Origin: Acidobacteriota bacterium
GTDB taxonomy: Bacteria; Acidobacteriota; Terriglobia; UBA7540
Assembly (NCBI GenBank): GCA_003224695.1
Contig: QHZO01000217.1
Location: 1-43,940, forward strand
Length of the DNA stretch: 43,940 bases
Reading direction: 5' to 3'
Position numbers and translations under genes: made by a program. Numbering within the stretch: position 1 is the first letter of the stretch; each line of letters begins with the position of its first letter. A model generated the notes under the pieces. The model was not told the origin of the DNA, made no database searches, and was given only the letters and a program-made list of their open reading frames with translations. Below are positions 24,805 to 34,348 of this stretch, in pieces.

Positions 24805-25107
24805 ATGTTGCGCTTATTCGCGATCCTCTTCGAATTCTTCCTGGTCGTCGTGGTGGGACGCCTGCTGGGGCGCTTGGTCCAGGGCCTCGCGGGTGGCAAG
24901 CGCACGCGAGTGGACTCCCAGGCTGCGAATTCCTCCGCCCGCTCGCCGCGCCGGACCGTCGAAGGGCAGATGGCGCGCGACCCGATTTGCGGCACGTTTG
25001 TCTCGACAAAGCTTTCGCACCGGTTGGAACTGCCCGCGGGGACTCTCCACTTCTGCTCGCGCGGATGCCGGGACCGCTACGAAAAGGCGAATGTCGCGGC
25101 CATCTAA
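24805..25107 (+). CDS. YHS/TRASH-domain small membrane protein
   Basis: An N-terminal TM helix is followed by DPICGTFVSTKLSHRLELPAGTLHFCSRGCRDRY, a Cys-rich YHS/TRASH-type metal-binding pattern. Confidence 0.8.
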   Translation: MLRLFAILFEFFLVVVVGRLLGRLVQGLAGGKRTRVDSQAANSSARSPRRTVEGQMARDPICGTFVSTKLSHRLELPAGTLHFCSRGCRDRYEKANVAAI

Positions 25108-25144
25108 ATTTTTCTCAAAATCGGAAAATATCGGTTGCCGCCCG

Positions 25145-26182
25145 ATGCGACACGGGGTGCGCGAGTCGAGCCCCGTCCGGGTCTGCCGGGGGCTTGTCCG
25201 CCGGCGTGTATTGGCGCTTGTCTCGGCTTTCTTGCAACTTTCGCCGGCAGTCCCGCTCCTCGCGTGGGGCGGAAAAATCAGAATTCGCAGGAAATTTTCA
25301 CCTGGAGCATCCATCGTCTATGTCGCACACACCCAGACCGAATCGCGGCTTGAAACAGAACCGAAGGGCCTGGAAGCTTTCTTGCCTCCGATTCCGACGA
25401 ACCTTGTGAGCGATCAGGAAAACGCGATGACCGTTCTAAGCGTCCAACCAGAGAGCGGCGCGGAAGTGGAGAGCCGTTTCCAGCGGTTTGATATCCAATC
25501 CCAAATGCCGGAGAACATGACCGAGGCTAATCGAAAGGCGTTTCTCGAAAGCGAAGAAGAATTCGCTCAGAGCCTCCGCGGGCGGTCATTAACTTTGCGT
25601 TACGACAGGGCAGGACGGCTTGAGGGCTTGCAGGGCGCGGACGACCTGCTGGAGCAATTCCCGGCGCCTTTTCGAGAGCCGCTCTCCGAGGCATTCAAGT
25701 ATTTGCTCGGACAAGTCACCGGGGAAGGGCTCTACCCTGACCACGACGTTTCGCGCGGCGAGGAATGGCAGCGCAAGCTCGCGCCACCGCTCTCTCGCGA
25801 CCTGCCCTTCGACGAGCAGGGGACAAGCACCATGCGATTCACCGGCAAAACGAAGGCCGGGGGCGTCCAAGCGGCTGCGATTGAATATTCTTTCAACGAT
25901 ACGCTGACGCCCCGGCTCGACCAATTGCCGTCCTTCCCTCCCCTCGTTGCCCTCGCGGCCCAGGGGCTGAAGCTTGATATTCAGATCGAAGGGAAGGGCG
26001 AAGGGCGAGCCCTGGTGGCTCTTGAGGACGGCCGCATACTCGAAAACCGCGCGACGCTCGAGCAGGTTCTCACGGCGCACTTGAAACCTGAACATCCCAC
26101 CGCACGGCCCGTCGACCCCATCACCCTTAAGCTCACAACGGACACGGCGGTTGAAGTCAAGGGGAAGGACCGGAAACCTTGA
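25145..26182 (+). CDS. Exported hypothetical protein
   Basis: The ATG at 25145 gives MRHGVRE...RRRVLALVSAFLQLSPAVPLLAWG, which is signal-like. The track ORF 24722.. overlaps the YHS gene in another frame, so I prefer the internal start. Confidence 0.7.
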   Translation: MRHGVRESSPVRVCRGLVRRRVLALVSAFLQLSPAVPLLAWGGKIRIRRKFSPGASIVYVAHTQTESRLETEPKGLEAFLPPIPTNLVSDQENAMTVLSVQPESGAEVESRFQRFDIQSQMPENMTEANRKAFLESEEEFAQSLRGRSLTLRYDRAGRLEGLQGADDLLEQFPAPFREPLSEAFKYLLGQVTGEGLYPDHDVSRGEEWQRKLAPPLSRDLPFDEQGTSTMRFTGKTKAGGVQAAAIEYSFNDTLTPRLDQLPSFPPLVALAAQGLKLDIQIEGKGEGRALVALEDGRILENRATLEQVLTAHLKPEHPTARPVDPITLKLTTDTAVEVKGKDRKP

Positions 26183-26235
26183 TGGGTTCCGAGAAATCCT
26201 GACGAGGAGAAACAGCGCCCACCCGAAAACTCCAG

Positions 26236-26263
26236 TTGACAATCCAGGAGGGGTTTCTATAAT
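26236..26263 (+). promoter_or_regulatory. Consensus sigma-70 promoter upstream of thiD
   Basis: TTGACA (26236-26241), a 16-nt spacer, then TATAAT (26258-26263), 43 nt upstream of the thiD ATG. Confidence 0.6.
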
Positions 26264-26305
26264 CGCCCCCAGATTGACTGGGTGGCGGGGCGGGCTGCTC
26301 CATCC

Positions 26306-27166
26306 ATGAACCACCATTCCAATCCGCCGGCAACTGTGGTGCTTACGATTGCTGGATTCGATCCCTCGGGCGGCGCGGGCATACTGGCCGATTTGAAAAC
26401 TTTCGCCGCCCACAACTGTTACGGCGTGGCCGCCATCACCGCGTTGACGGTCCAAAACACGCAGTCGGTTTCCTCCGTCCACGCGACGAACGCGAAAGTC
26501 TTGAAGGAAACCATCCTTTCGCTTGTCGCCGACGGACATCTGAGAGCGGTCAAGATCGGGATGCTCGCGAACCGCGAAAACGCGGAGGTGGTGCGGGAAA
26601 TCCTGCAAGCGAATCCCTCGCTTCCCGCCGTCCTCGACCCCGTGTGGCGCTCGGCCACGGGCGCCGACCTTTTGAACAAGGCCGGCCTCGAGTATCTGCG
26701 CGATCATTTGCTTCGTCACGCCACACTGATCACTCCGAACCTGGCCGAGGCGTCCGCACTGACCGACCTCAAGGTGGAGAATCAGGAAAGCATGAAGGCG
26801 GCTGCCCAAAAGTTGGCAGAGATGGGCGCGCGCGCCGTGGTGGTGACTGGCGGCCACCTGGAGAAGGCCGTGGACGTTTTTTACGACGGAAAGGCGATGG
26901 AAGTGTTCGTGGGTGACCATATCAAGCCCGATAATACGCACGGAACGGGGTGGACGTTTTCCGCGGCCGTGGCTTCAAACCTGGCTCTCGGCCGCCAGCT
27001 CCGCGACTCCATCGTGCTCGCCAAAGCTTATGTCACGGAAGCCATTCGCAAGGCGTATGCGGTTGGCCCGGGCCGTGTGCCGCTCAACCACTTCTACCGC
27101 GTCCAGCAGAATCCTCGCCCGGCGGATCTCTCCCCGCCCGTTCAGGAACCTGAAGCGGTCCATTGA
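26306..27166 (+). CDS. thiD: Hydroxymethylpyrimidine/phosphomethylpyrimidine kinase
   Basis: VLTIAGFDPSGGAGILADLKTFAA...ALTVQNT...VKIGML...ITPNLAEA...VVVTGGH...NTHGTGWTFSAAVAS. Confidence 0.92.
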   Translation: MNHHSNPPATVVLTIAGFDPSGGAGILADLKTFAAHNCYGVAAITALTVQNTQSVSSVHATNAKVLKETILSLVADGHLRAVKIGMLANRENAEVVREILQANPSLPAVLDPVWRSATGADLLNKAGLEYLRDHLLRHATLITPNLAEASALTDLKVENQESMKAAAQKLAEMGARAVVVTGGHLEKAVDVFYDGKAMEVFVGDHIKPDNTHGTGWTFSAAVASNLALGRQLRDSIVLAKAYVTEAIRKAYAVGPGRVPLNHFYRVQQNPRPADLSPPVQEPEAVH

Positions 27167-27199
27167 TCCGTGCCCATCACCGGCCGGCGGGAGTATCCG

Positions 27200-28384
27200 T
27201 CAAATAATTTTTAGTTTTTTGCCGGCCGCCTCGAGGATTTCGAGAGCGAGGGCCAGTTCTTCGCGCGTGTGAGTGGCGGTGACGATGGTGCGGATGCGGG
27301 CCTTGCCTTTGGGGACGGTGGGAAATCCGATGCCCTGGGCGAACACGCCGGCTTCAAACAGCTCGCGCGAAAACTGATGGGCTAACGCCGCATCGCCGAC
27401 GATCACCGGCGTGATGGGCGTTTCGCTCATGCCGGTATTGAACCCCAGCCTCTTCAGCCCTTCCTTGAAGAACTTCGTGTTGTCCCAGAGACTTTGGATC
27501 AGTTGCGGCTCCTCATCCAGCACTTCGAAGGCCGCAAGACACGACGCGGCCACGGAGGGCGGATGCGAGGTTGAAAACAGAAAAGGCCGCGCGCGATGGT
27601 AGAGAAATTCAATCGCGTCGCGCGTCGAGCACACGTAGCCGCCCAGCGCTCCGACGGCTTTGGAAAGCGTTCCGACCTGAATGTCCACCCGCCCGTGGAG
27701 ATTGAAGTGGTCCACGGTGCCGCGGCCGTTCTTGCCGAGCACGCCCGAGGAATGCGCGTCGTCAATCATCATGATCGCGCCGTAGCGCTCGGCGAGCGCG
27801 ACCAGGCCCGGCAGGGGCGCGATGTCGCCCTCCATCGAAAAGACTCCGTCGGTGATGAGCAGTTTGTGCCCCGGCCGCGCCGCAATTTCCTTCAGCACCT
27901 TTTCGCAGGCGTCGAGGTCTTTGTGTGGGAACACCTTGATTTCCGCGCGGGACAGCCGGCAGCCGTCAATGATCGAGGCGTGGTTGAGCTCGTCGGAAAT
28001 GATGATGTCGTCCTTGCCGAGGATCGCCTGCACGGTGCCGGCGTTGGCCGTGAAGCCGGATTGAAAGACCACCGCCGCTTCGACATTCTTGAACCGGGCG
28101 ATTTTCTCTTCGAGCGCCATGTGGATGGTCATCGTGCCGGCAATCGTCCGCACGGCGCCCGAGCCGACGCCGAAGCGCTCGGTGGCTTCGATGGCCCGCT
28201 GACGAAGCTTGGGGTGGGTCGTGAGCCCAAGGTAGTTGTTCGAGGAGAGGTTGATGACCTTGTGGCCGTCAAACTTCGCGACCGGCAACTGCTCGGTCTC
28301 CAAGATTCTGAGGCGCTGGTAAAGCTTCTCGTGGCGGAGATGGTTGAGCTCGTCGGTGAGGTATTGGAGCTGCGCTTTGGGCAT
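27200..28384 (-). CDS. kbl: 2-amino-3-ketobutyrate CoA ligase (glycine C-acetyltransferase)
   Basis: [35 protein letters not shown] and the PLP lysine in GTLSKAVG. Confidence 0.95.
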   Translation of the reverse strand: MPKAQLQYLTDELNHLRHEKLYQRLRILETEQLPVAKFDGHKVINLSSNNYLGLTTHPKLRQRAIEATERFGVGSGAVRTIAGTMTIHMALEEKIARFKNVEAAVVFQSGFTANAGTVQAILGKDDIIISDELNHASIIDGCRLSRAEIKVFPHKDLDACEKVLKEIAARPGHKLLITDGVFSMEGDIAPLPGLVALAERYGAIMMIDDAHSSGVLGKNGRGTVDHFNLHGRVDIQVGTLSKAVGALGGYVCSTRDAIEFLYHRARPFLFSTSHPPSVAASCLAAFEVLDEEPQLIQSLWDNTKFFKEGLKRLGFNTGMSETPITPVIVGDAALAHQFSRELFEAGVFAQGIGFPTVPKGKARIRTIVTATHTREELALALEILEAAGKKLKII

Positions 28385-28393
28385 CTTGAAATC

Positions 28394-28474
28394 AGTGGCA
28401 AGTGGTTAGTGGCAAGTGGCAAGCAGACGGATCAGTCGTTCGAACTTGTCACTTGCCACTAACCACTAGCCACT
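28394..28474. repeat. Heptad-array hairpin in the tdh-kbl intercistronic spacer
   Basis: The left arm is AGTGGCA AGTGGTT AGTGGCA AGTGGCA AG (28394-28423), followed by a 21-nt loop. The right arm (28445-28474) is its reverse complement with 2 mismatches in 30. The right arm contains the tdh TAG stop. Confidence 0.9.
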
Positions 28475-29521
28475 CTCCTTCGGGGGTTTGCCGTTCGGGA
28501 ACATCAAAACCTTGGACGCGTTGCCGGAGAGTAGCAACTCCATGCCGTGTTCGAAATCCGCCATGCCGATGCGGTCCGTGATGAGCGGGGCAAGGTCCAG
28601 CCGGCCGGACTTGAGCAGCGCTTGCATCTGATACCAGGTCTCGAAAACTCGCCGGCCGTTGATGCCCTGCACGACGGCGCCTTTAAAGATCACGTCGTTG
28701 GCCAAGTCCAGCTCCAGCGGCTTCGATGGAATTCCGAGCAGGGAGATGCGCCCGCCGCGGCGCAGCATTTGGAACGCCTGGCGGACCGCGCGCGGATTGC
28801 CTGACATTTCGAGCACCACGTCGGCGCCGACGCCGTTGGTCGCGGCCAGGACCTCGGCCACGGCATCGGTCGTTTCGGGGTCCACCACCATGCTGGCGCC
28901 CACTTTTTCTGCCAGCTTTTGCCGGAAGGGGTGGGGTTCGGTGGCGATAATCGCTCCAGCCCCCGAGGCTCGCGCGACGGCAATGGCGAACAGGCCGATC
29001 GGCCCGCATCCCGTCACTGCCACGCTCAGTCCTGCAATTTCCCCTGCCAGCACCGTATGCACAGCGTTCCCGAGCGGGTCGAGCACCGCCGCGTATTCCA
29101 CGGCGATCGCCGGATCGATTTTCCAAATGTTCGTCTCGGGGATTTTGACGAATTCCGCAAAGCAGCCATCGGTGTCCACGCCGATGATGCGAACATTCTG
29201 GCAGATGTGCCGCTGGCCTGTCCGGCACTGAAAACAACGGCCGCAGGCCAGGTGCATCTCGGCCGACACAAAATCCCCCTCGCGCACGATTTCAACTTCC
29301 GCTCCCACCCGAACCACCGTCCCGCAGAATTCGTGGCCGAAAACTAGTGGCGGCCGAATCCGTTTCGCGGACCAATGGTCCCATTTATAAATGTGCAGGT
29401 CCGTGCCGCAGATAGACGCCGCGCGCACTTCGACCAGAACGTCGCCTGGGCCAAGGTCTGGGATGCGCACTTCCTCGAGGCGGGCGCCGGGCTTGGGCTC
29501 CGGCTTGACAATCGCCTGCAT
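28466..29521 (-). CDS. tdh: L-threonine 3-dehydrogenase (Zn-dependent)
   Basis: MQAIVKPEPKPG...ICGTDLHIYKWD...GHEFCGTVV...CGRCFQCRTGQRHIC...GCGPIGL. Alternative upstream starts exist up to 29560. Confidence 0.93.
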   Translation of the reverse strand: MQAIVKPEPKPGARLEEVRIPDLGPGDVLVEVRAASICGTDLHIYKWDHWSAKRIRPPLVFGHEFCGTVVRVGAEVEIVREGDFVSAEMHLACGRCFQCRTGQRHICQNVRIIGVDTDGCFAEFVKIPETNIWKIDPAIAVEYAAVLDPLGNAVHTVLAGEIAGLSVAVTGCGPIGLFAIAVARASGAGAIIATEPHPFRQKLAEKVGASMVVDPETTDAVAEVLAATNGVGADVVLEMSGNPRAVRQAFQMLRRGGRISLLGIPSKPLELDLANDVIFKGAVVQGINGRRVFETWYQMQALLKSGRLDLAPLITDRIGMADFEHGMELLLSGNASKVLMFPNGKPPKESG

Positions 29522-29585
29522 GGTGGCAGAGGGCATGGGAATTCTGGAAGCGTCCAGCATACAAGCTTAAGCCCGAAGTATAAAG

Positions 29586-29707
29586 GATGAAGTGTGAAGT
29601 CTGAAGTATGAAGCCTGAGAAATAATAGGGGCTAGTGGTATGTGGCTAGTGGCAAGCAGACCGTCGGGTTGCTGGGGCTTGCCACCAGCCACTTGCCACT
29701 AACCACC
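29586..29707. repeat. One-armed heptad array plus a heptad-array hairpin in the divergent tdh/araB spacer
   Basis: The one-armed array is GATGAAG TGTGAAG TCTGAAG TATGAAG CCTGAGA (29586-29620). Then GCTAGTGGTATGTGGCTAGTGGCAAGC (29631-29657) pairs imperfectly with GCTTGCCACCAGCCACTTGCCACTAACCACC (29677-29707). Confidence 0.85.
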
Positions 29708-29818
29708 GGGTGCCCTGCTCGATCCGGCGGATGGCTTGACAGGCGCCGAGCAGTCCATTACGGTGAGCGCATCCCGGCCCGGGTGATGCGTCGTCGCCCG
29801 CCGAAAGCGGGGATCAGC

Positions 29819-31519
29819 ATGGGCAAGGACAAAGTCGCGTTGGGTATTGATTACGGCACGGAGTCCGGTCGTGTGGTCGTGGTGCGGGTGCGGGACGGCG
29901 AGCAAATCGCCTCCGCCATTGTGCCTTATGCGGACGGCGTGATTGACGAACGGCTGCCGAAGGGCCCCAGGCTCGAGCCCGACTGGGCGCTCCAGAATCC
30001 GCGTGACTACCTCCTGGTGGTCGAAAAAGGCGTCCCCAAGGCGCTCAAGGCGGCGCGCGTCAAAGGCGAAAACGTCATTGGCATAGGCACGGATTTCACG
30101 GCCTCAAGCCCCATGCCCACGAAGCGCGACGGCACGCCGCTTTGCTACCTCCCACAATACCGCAAGCACCCGCACGCCTGGGTCAAGTTATGGAAGCACC
30201 ACGCCGCGCAGGCTGAGGCCAACCGCATCAACGAAATCGGCCGCGCGCGGAATGAGGAATTCATTCGCATTTACGGCGGCAAGTATTCCTCCGAGTGGTT
30301 TTTCTCAAAGCTTCTCCAGGTCCTCGACGAAGCGCCGGAGATTTACGAGGCCATGGACCGTTTCATCGAGGCGGCCGACTGGATCGTCTGGCAACTGACC
30401 GGAGTCGAGAAGCGCAACACCTGCACGGCGGGCTACAAAGCCATGTGGGTGAAAAGCCGCGGATTCCCCACGCGCGAGTTCTTCCGGGCGCTTCATCCGC
30501 GCATGGAAAACGTCGTCGAGGAAAAGCTGACGGAAGATTATTTCCCGCTCGGCGGGCGCGCCGGCGGCCTCGCTCCTGCCTGGGCGCGAAAGACCAGCTT
30601 GCCCGAGGGCACTCCCGTCTCGATTGGCAACGTGGACGCGCACGTCGCCGTGCCGGCCTGCGGCGTCACCGAAGCCGGGTCGCTCGTGATGATCATGGGC
30701 ACCTCCATCTGCCACATGCTGCTCGGGACCAACCGGCAGATGGTCGAGGGCATGTGCGGCACGGTCGAAGACGGCATCGTGCCCGGGTTGTGGGGATACG
30801 AGGCGGGCCAATCGGCGGTGGGTGACATCTTCGCCTGGTTTTTCGAGCACGGCGTCCCGGAATACATCTGGAAGGGGGCGCGTCCGTCAGCCGGCGGGCG
30901 CGATGTCACCGCGGAACTCGAAAAACACGCGGCGGCGCTTCGGCCGGGAGAGTCGGGCCTGGTGGCGCTCGACTGGTGGAACGGCAACCGCTCGGTTCTG
31001 GTGGACGTGGACTTGACGGGCGTGATCCTCGGCATGACGCTCGCGACGCGCGCCGAGGAAATTTACCGCGCGCTCATCGAAGCTACGGCCTTTGGCACGC
31101 GCACCATCGTCGAAGCCTTCGAATCGAAAGGCATCCCGGTGAAAAACCTTGTTGCCTGCGGCGGCTTGCCGGAAAAGAATCGTCTGCTCATGCAGATTTT
31201 CGCCGACGTCACGGGGCGCGAAATTCGGCTGGCCAAGAATCTTCAAACGTGCTCGGCGCTCGGCGCCGCCATGCACGGGGCGGTGGCGGCGGGGCGAGCC
31301 GCGGGCGGCTACGACACGATTTTCGAAGCGACTGAGAAAATGGCGCACACCCAGAAATTGGTTTACAAGCCGCGGCAGGGGCATCGCGAAATCTACGATC
31401 GCTTGTTCAAGGAATACCAAACACTCCACGATTACTTCGGGCGTGGAGCAAATGATGTGATGAAGCGGTTGAAAGAGCTGAAGAAAAGCTGTCAGTCGTC
31501 AGTTGTCAGTCGTCAGTAG
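29819..31519 (+). CDS. araB: Ribulokinase (FGGY family)
   Basis: The start MGKDKVALGIDYGTESGRVVVV is at 29819. GKYSSEWFFSKLLQVLDEAPEIY is typical of ribulokinases. The last 10 codons (SCQSSVVSRQ) and the TAG stop are encoded by a heptad array. Confidence 0.92.
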   Translation: MGKDKVALGIDYGTESGRVVVVRVRDGEQIASAIVPYADGVIDERLPKGPRLEPDWALQNPRDYLLVVEKGVPKALKAARVKGENVIGIGTDFTASSPMPTKRDGTPLCYLPQYRKHPHAWVKLWKHHAAQAEANRINEIGRARNEEFIRIYGGKYSSEWFFSKLLQVLDEAPEIYEAMDRFIEAADWIVWQLTGVEKRNTCTAGYKAMWVKSRGFPTREFFRALHPRMENVVEEKLTEDYFPLGGRAGGLAPAWARKTSLPEGTPVSIGNVDAHVAVPACGVTEAGSLVMIMGTSICHMLLGTNRQMVEGMCGTVEDGIVPGLWGYEAGQSAVGDIFAWFFEHGVPEYIWKGARPSAGGRDVTAELEKHAAALRPGESGLVALDWWNGNRSVLVDVDLTGVILGMTLATRAEEIYRALIEATAFGTRTIVEAFESKGIPVKNLVACGGLPEKNRLLMQIFADVTGREIRLAKNLQTCSALGAAMHGAVAAGRAAGGYDTIFEATEKMAHTQKLVYKPRQGHREIYDRLFKEYQTLHDYFGRGANDVMKRLKELKKSCQSSVVSRQ

Positions 31520-31620
31520 AGGAACAAAGGCCGGGCATCCGTTTGCCCGGGGCTCTTGCCGCGTAGCGAATACTGAGGACCGATGACCGAAAGCTGAAAG
31601 CTGACGGCTGACAACTGAAA
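31488..31620. repeat. Heptad-array hairpin at the 3' end of araB
   Basis: The left arm is GCTGTCA GTCGTCA GTTGTCA GTCGTCA (31488-31515). The right arm is ACTGAGG ACCGATG ACCGAAA GCTGAAA GCTGACG GCTGACA ACTGAAA (31572-31620). The spacer holds a GC hairpin CCGGGCAtccgttTGCCCGG. Confidence 0.85.
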
Positions 31621-31630
31621 GCTTGCTACC

Positions 31631-32284
31631 ATGCCAACGCTCGAGCACCTCCGCCGGGAAGTTTGGAAGGCCAACCGCGAGATCTTTCGCTCGGGCCTCG
31701 TGACCGTGCACGCGGGGAACGCGAGCGGCATTGACCGCAAGCGCGGCCTCGTGCTGATCAAGCCGAGCGGCGTGGACTACGACTCGCTCCGCCCGGCGGA
31801 CCTTGTGGTGACCGACCTCGACGGCCGCAAAGTCAAAGGGCGTTACAAACCTTCCGTGGATTTGCCGCACCACCTTTATCTTTACCGCCATTGTCCCGAG
31901 GTCGGCGGCGTCATCCACACGCACTCGAATTACGCCACGGCGTTTGCGCTGCTCGGACGGGCGATACCGGCTTATCTCACCGCCATCGCCGACGAGTTCG
32001 GCGACGGAATCCCCTGCGCGCCCTACGTGGATAATCAGGGTGACCACATCGGCGAAGCGATTCTTAAGCACAAAACCCGGGCGCCGGCAGTGTTGCTGGC
32101 GCACCACGGCGCGTTCACGTTTGGCGAGACTCCGCGCGACGCTCTGAAGGCCGCCGTCATGCTCGAAGACGTCGCCAAAACGTGCTTCCTGGCGCTGCTC
32201 CTCGGCAAACCCGAACCGCTGGCCGCCGAAGAGGCGCGCAAGTGGTACGACCGGTATCATTCGACCTACGGCCAGGAGAAATAA
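31631..32284 (+). CDS. araD: L-ribulose-5-phosphate 4-epimerase (class II aldolase fold)
   Basis: LRREVWKANREIFRSGLVTVHAGNASGIDRKRGLVLIKPSGVDYDSL...DLPHHLYLYRHCPEVGGVIHTHS. Confidence 0.92.
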   Translation: MPTLEHLRREVWKANREIFRSGLVTVHAGNASGIDRKRGLVLIKPSGVDYDSLRPADLVVTDLDGRKVKGRYKPSVDLPHHLYLYRHCPEVGGVIHTHSNYATAFALLGRAIPAYLTAIADEFGDGIPCAPYVDNQGDHIGEAILKHKTRAPAVLLAHHGAFTFGETPRDALKAAVMLEDVAKTCFLALLLGKPEPLAAEEARKWYDRYHSTYGQEK

Positions 32285-32431
32285 TGTGGGTACCGGCTCA
32301 ATTTGTGCCGGAGGCTTCCACTATCTGTGGGCGCTCCAAGGCTAGTCGGGAATGCCCACGTCGCCTCTGAGTACCCCTTCCGCTTCGCGTGATACAATCG
32401 CTTGCGTGTTCAGCGACGCCGCCCGCGCCCT

Positions 32432-33541
32432 ATGACTTACGAATCAGTTGACCATCTCCAGAAGGTTTTAGCTGAGAAGGTCTTCCATTATACGAAGGAT
32501 GCGAAAAAGGCGGCCGGAAGGGCGCTCGGGACGCTCGTGGAAATCATCACGTTCTATGTCCTTAAGTCCTGGGGATTTGAACATTCAGTGGCTATAGAGA
32601 CGGCCTTGCCCGAGTACGGCAATCCCGAAATCACTCACAACGTCGAGTACTCGCTTCACGCAAAACTTCGAAAGCAAAGGATAAAATTGGTAGGCGCGTC
32701 ACCCATTTCATCAAAGAGGATTCTGGACGAAGTCGACGAGCGTGGCATCTCGGTGGCGGGCTTCGATAGGTCTGGCAATGTTCTGCTCACCTCGAACGCG
32801 GTCCTCAGAAATTCGTGTGTGGTAGCGAGCGGCCCCCGATCCAACCTTGTCGCCACCTTGGATTCGCTAGTGCGAGCGAAGCGGTACGCAATCTTTGAGT
32901 GTAAACGAGTTGGCGTCGAAGAGGGGATGAAGAAGGGTCCACAGACGATCGAAAAGGCCAAACAAGGGGCTTACGTGGCCAAGTCCGTCTCGTCCCTCCA
33001 GAAGGTACGTACCCCATCCGGCGAGCTTCACGGCCTCATCTACAAATCCACCGGGCTTATGTACTCGAAGGCTTACTTGGAGCTGCTTACGGAGGTTATT
33101 GCATCTGACGACAGGGAACTTCTGCGGGACTTCATCCTTACGGTCGGAGTAGTTAGCAATCACGGGAACTGGTTCACTTCGGATGACCATAACAAGGAAC
33201 TCAAAGTGCTCGCGCAATCGTACGATTGGCTAATTTTCCTAACTGACCAGGGACTGGCCCAGTTCATAACACAACTCCTACTCCGGCCCGAACCGATGCT
33301 GATTCCGGCGAGGGAAGCCTTCCTTGCAAGCTATTCGGCCGACAAGAAGAAGAATAAATTCACAAAAGTTCAGATGGGGTACGAGGCGGATCAAGTTTTG
33401 CAGACTTACTTCAGGAAAAACCGGACCGTGATAGAAGGATGGTTCAACGTTATTGCGCCCGACCGCGGTACGATGCCAGAATTGAGGTCGCAGCTCTCGC
33501 GATTGCGCGGTAAAGGCTGGCGGGCTGTCCACGAACTATGA
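32432..33541 (+). CDS. Putative restriction endonuclease (PD-(D/E)XK-like), coupled to the downstream Dam-type methyltransferase
   Basis: ATG at 32432 (MTYESVDHL). LDSLVRAKRYAIFECKRVG gives a D-X11-E-C-K pattern. The stop overlaps the methyltransferase start (ATGA at 33538-33541). A sample line gives about 48% G+C. I do not recognise the family with confidence. Confidence 0.5.
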   Translation: MTYESVDHLQKVLAEKVFHYTKDAKKAAGRALGTLVEIITFYVLKSWGFEHSVAIETALPEYGNPEITHNVEYSLHAKLRKQRIKLVGASPISSKRILDEVDERGISVAGFDRSGNVLLTSNAVLRNSCVVASGPRSNLVATLDSLVRAKRYAIFECKRVGVEEGMKKGPQTIEKAKQGAYVAKSVSSLQKVRTPSGELHGLIYKSTGLMYSKAYLELLTEVIASDDRELLRDFILTVGVVSNHGNWFTSDDHNKELKVLAQSYDWLIFLTDQGLAQFITQLLLRPEPMLIPAREAFLASYSADKKKNKFTKVQMGYEADQVLQTYFRKNRTVIEGWFNVIAPDRGTMPELRSQLSRLRGKGWRAVHEL

Positions 33542-34137
33542 CAGCAGGGAGAAAGGTCGTTGGGCACAGCAGGGACTGGGGTACTCCGAAAAAGTACGTT
33601 GAAGCGGTAAGGGAAGTTTTCGGAGGCACAGTCGACCTTGACCCATGCTCCAAACGCTTTTCGGTGGTGAAGGCGCGGGTGGAATACTTACTGCCGGAAC
33701 ATGATGGGCTGAGGGAGTCCTGGAATTTCCCGACAATCTATGTCAATCCACCCTATGGTGCTGACCAAGAGCACGGAACGACCATAAAGAATTGGCTAAG
33801 GAAGTGTGATGAGGCGCACAGGCTCCACGGGTCTGAGGTGCTAGCGTTAGTTCCGGTTGCCACCAATACCGACCATTGGAAGAGATATGTATTCGGGAAG
33901 GCAGCAGCTATCTGTTTCTTGTACGATACCCGGCTACGTTTCTTAGTAGGAGGCCAGGACGGAGGAAAGGGGGCGCCCATGTCCTGCGCAATGGTCTACT
34001 GGGGAGCTAACTTCGAGCGCTTTTTCGAGGTTTTCATGCGTTATGGCGCTGTCGTCGATATCGGCAAGCTGAAGGGCCTGCAGATAGGCCGAGAAACCGA
34101 TGGCAACGGCCAGCGGGAGTTCGCAGACTTCATTTGA
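33538..34137 (+). CDS. Phage-type DNA N6-adenine methyltransferase (Dam family, NPPY)
   Basis: DWGTPKKYVEAVREVFGGTVDLDPCS...HDGLRESWNFPTIYVNPPYG...ALVPVATNTDHW...FLYDTRLRF matches the layout of the small phage Dam-like (PF05869-type) methylases. The family assignment is from memory. Confidence 0.85.
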   Translation: MTAGRKVVGHSRDWGTPKKYVEAVREVFGGTVDLDPCSKRFSVVKARVEYLLPEHDGLRESWNFPTIYVNPPYGADQEHGTTIKNWLRKCDEAHRLHGSEVLALVPVATNTDHWKRYVFGKAAAICFLYDTRLRFLVGGQDGGKGAPMSCAMVYWGANFERFFEVFMRYGAVVDIGKLKGLQIGRETDGNGQREFADFI

Positions 34138-34244
34138 GGACCGGCCCAGCGGGGCCGCGCCAATTGCGTCCCATGAAATGTCGAAACGAGTCAAGCATCA
34201 AGGTCTTGACAGTTTCCGGGGGCCGCCGTCATGATGAATGGCCT

Positions 34245-34333
34245 TGTAGCGGCGGCGTCACTTCGGCTTCGCTCAGTGCAGGCCCCGCCGTCGCGAGCTC
34301 GAACAATTCGGCGATGAGGACATCGCCGCTACA
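34245..34333. repeat. Imperfect inverted repeat TGTAGCGGCGGCGTC / GACATCGCCGCTACA at the right edge of the low-GC cassette
   Basis: The arms are 15 nt with 2 mismatches and a 59-nt spacer. The GTAGCGGCG word is the same as in the repeat at 21573-21649. Confidence 0.6.
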
Positions 34334-34348
34334 GCTTACGAACCCTCG

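Noticed and set aside
26183-26305. A TPP riboswitch upstream of thiD.
   Set aside because: I found no CUGAGA / ACCUGA core and too little room between the promoter and the start codon. This was done by eye only, so a covariance-model search is still advisable.
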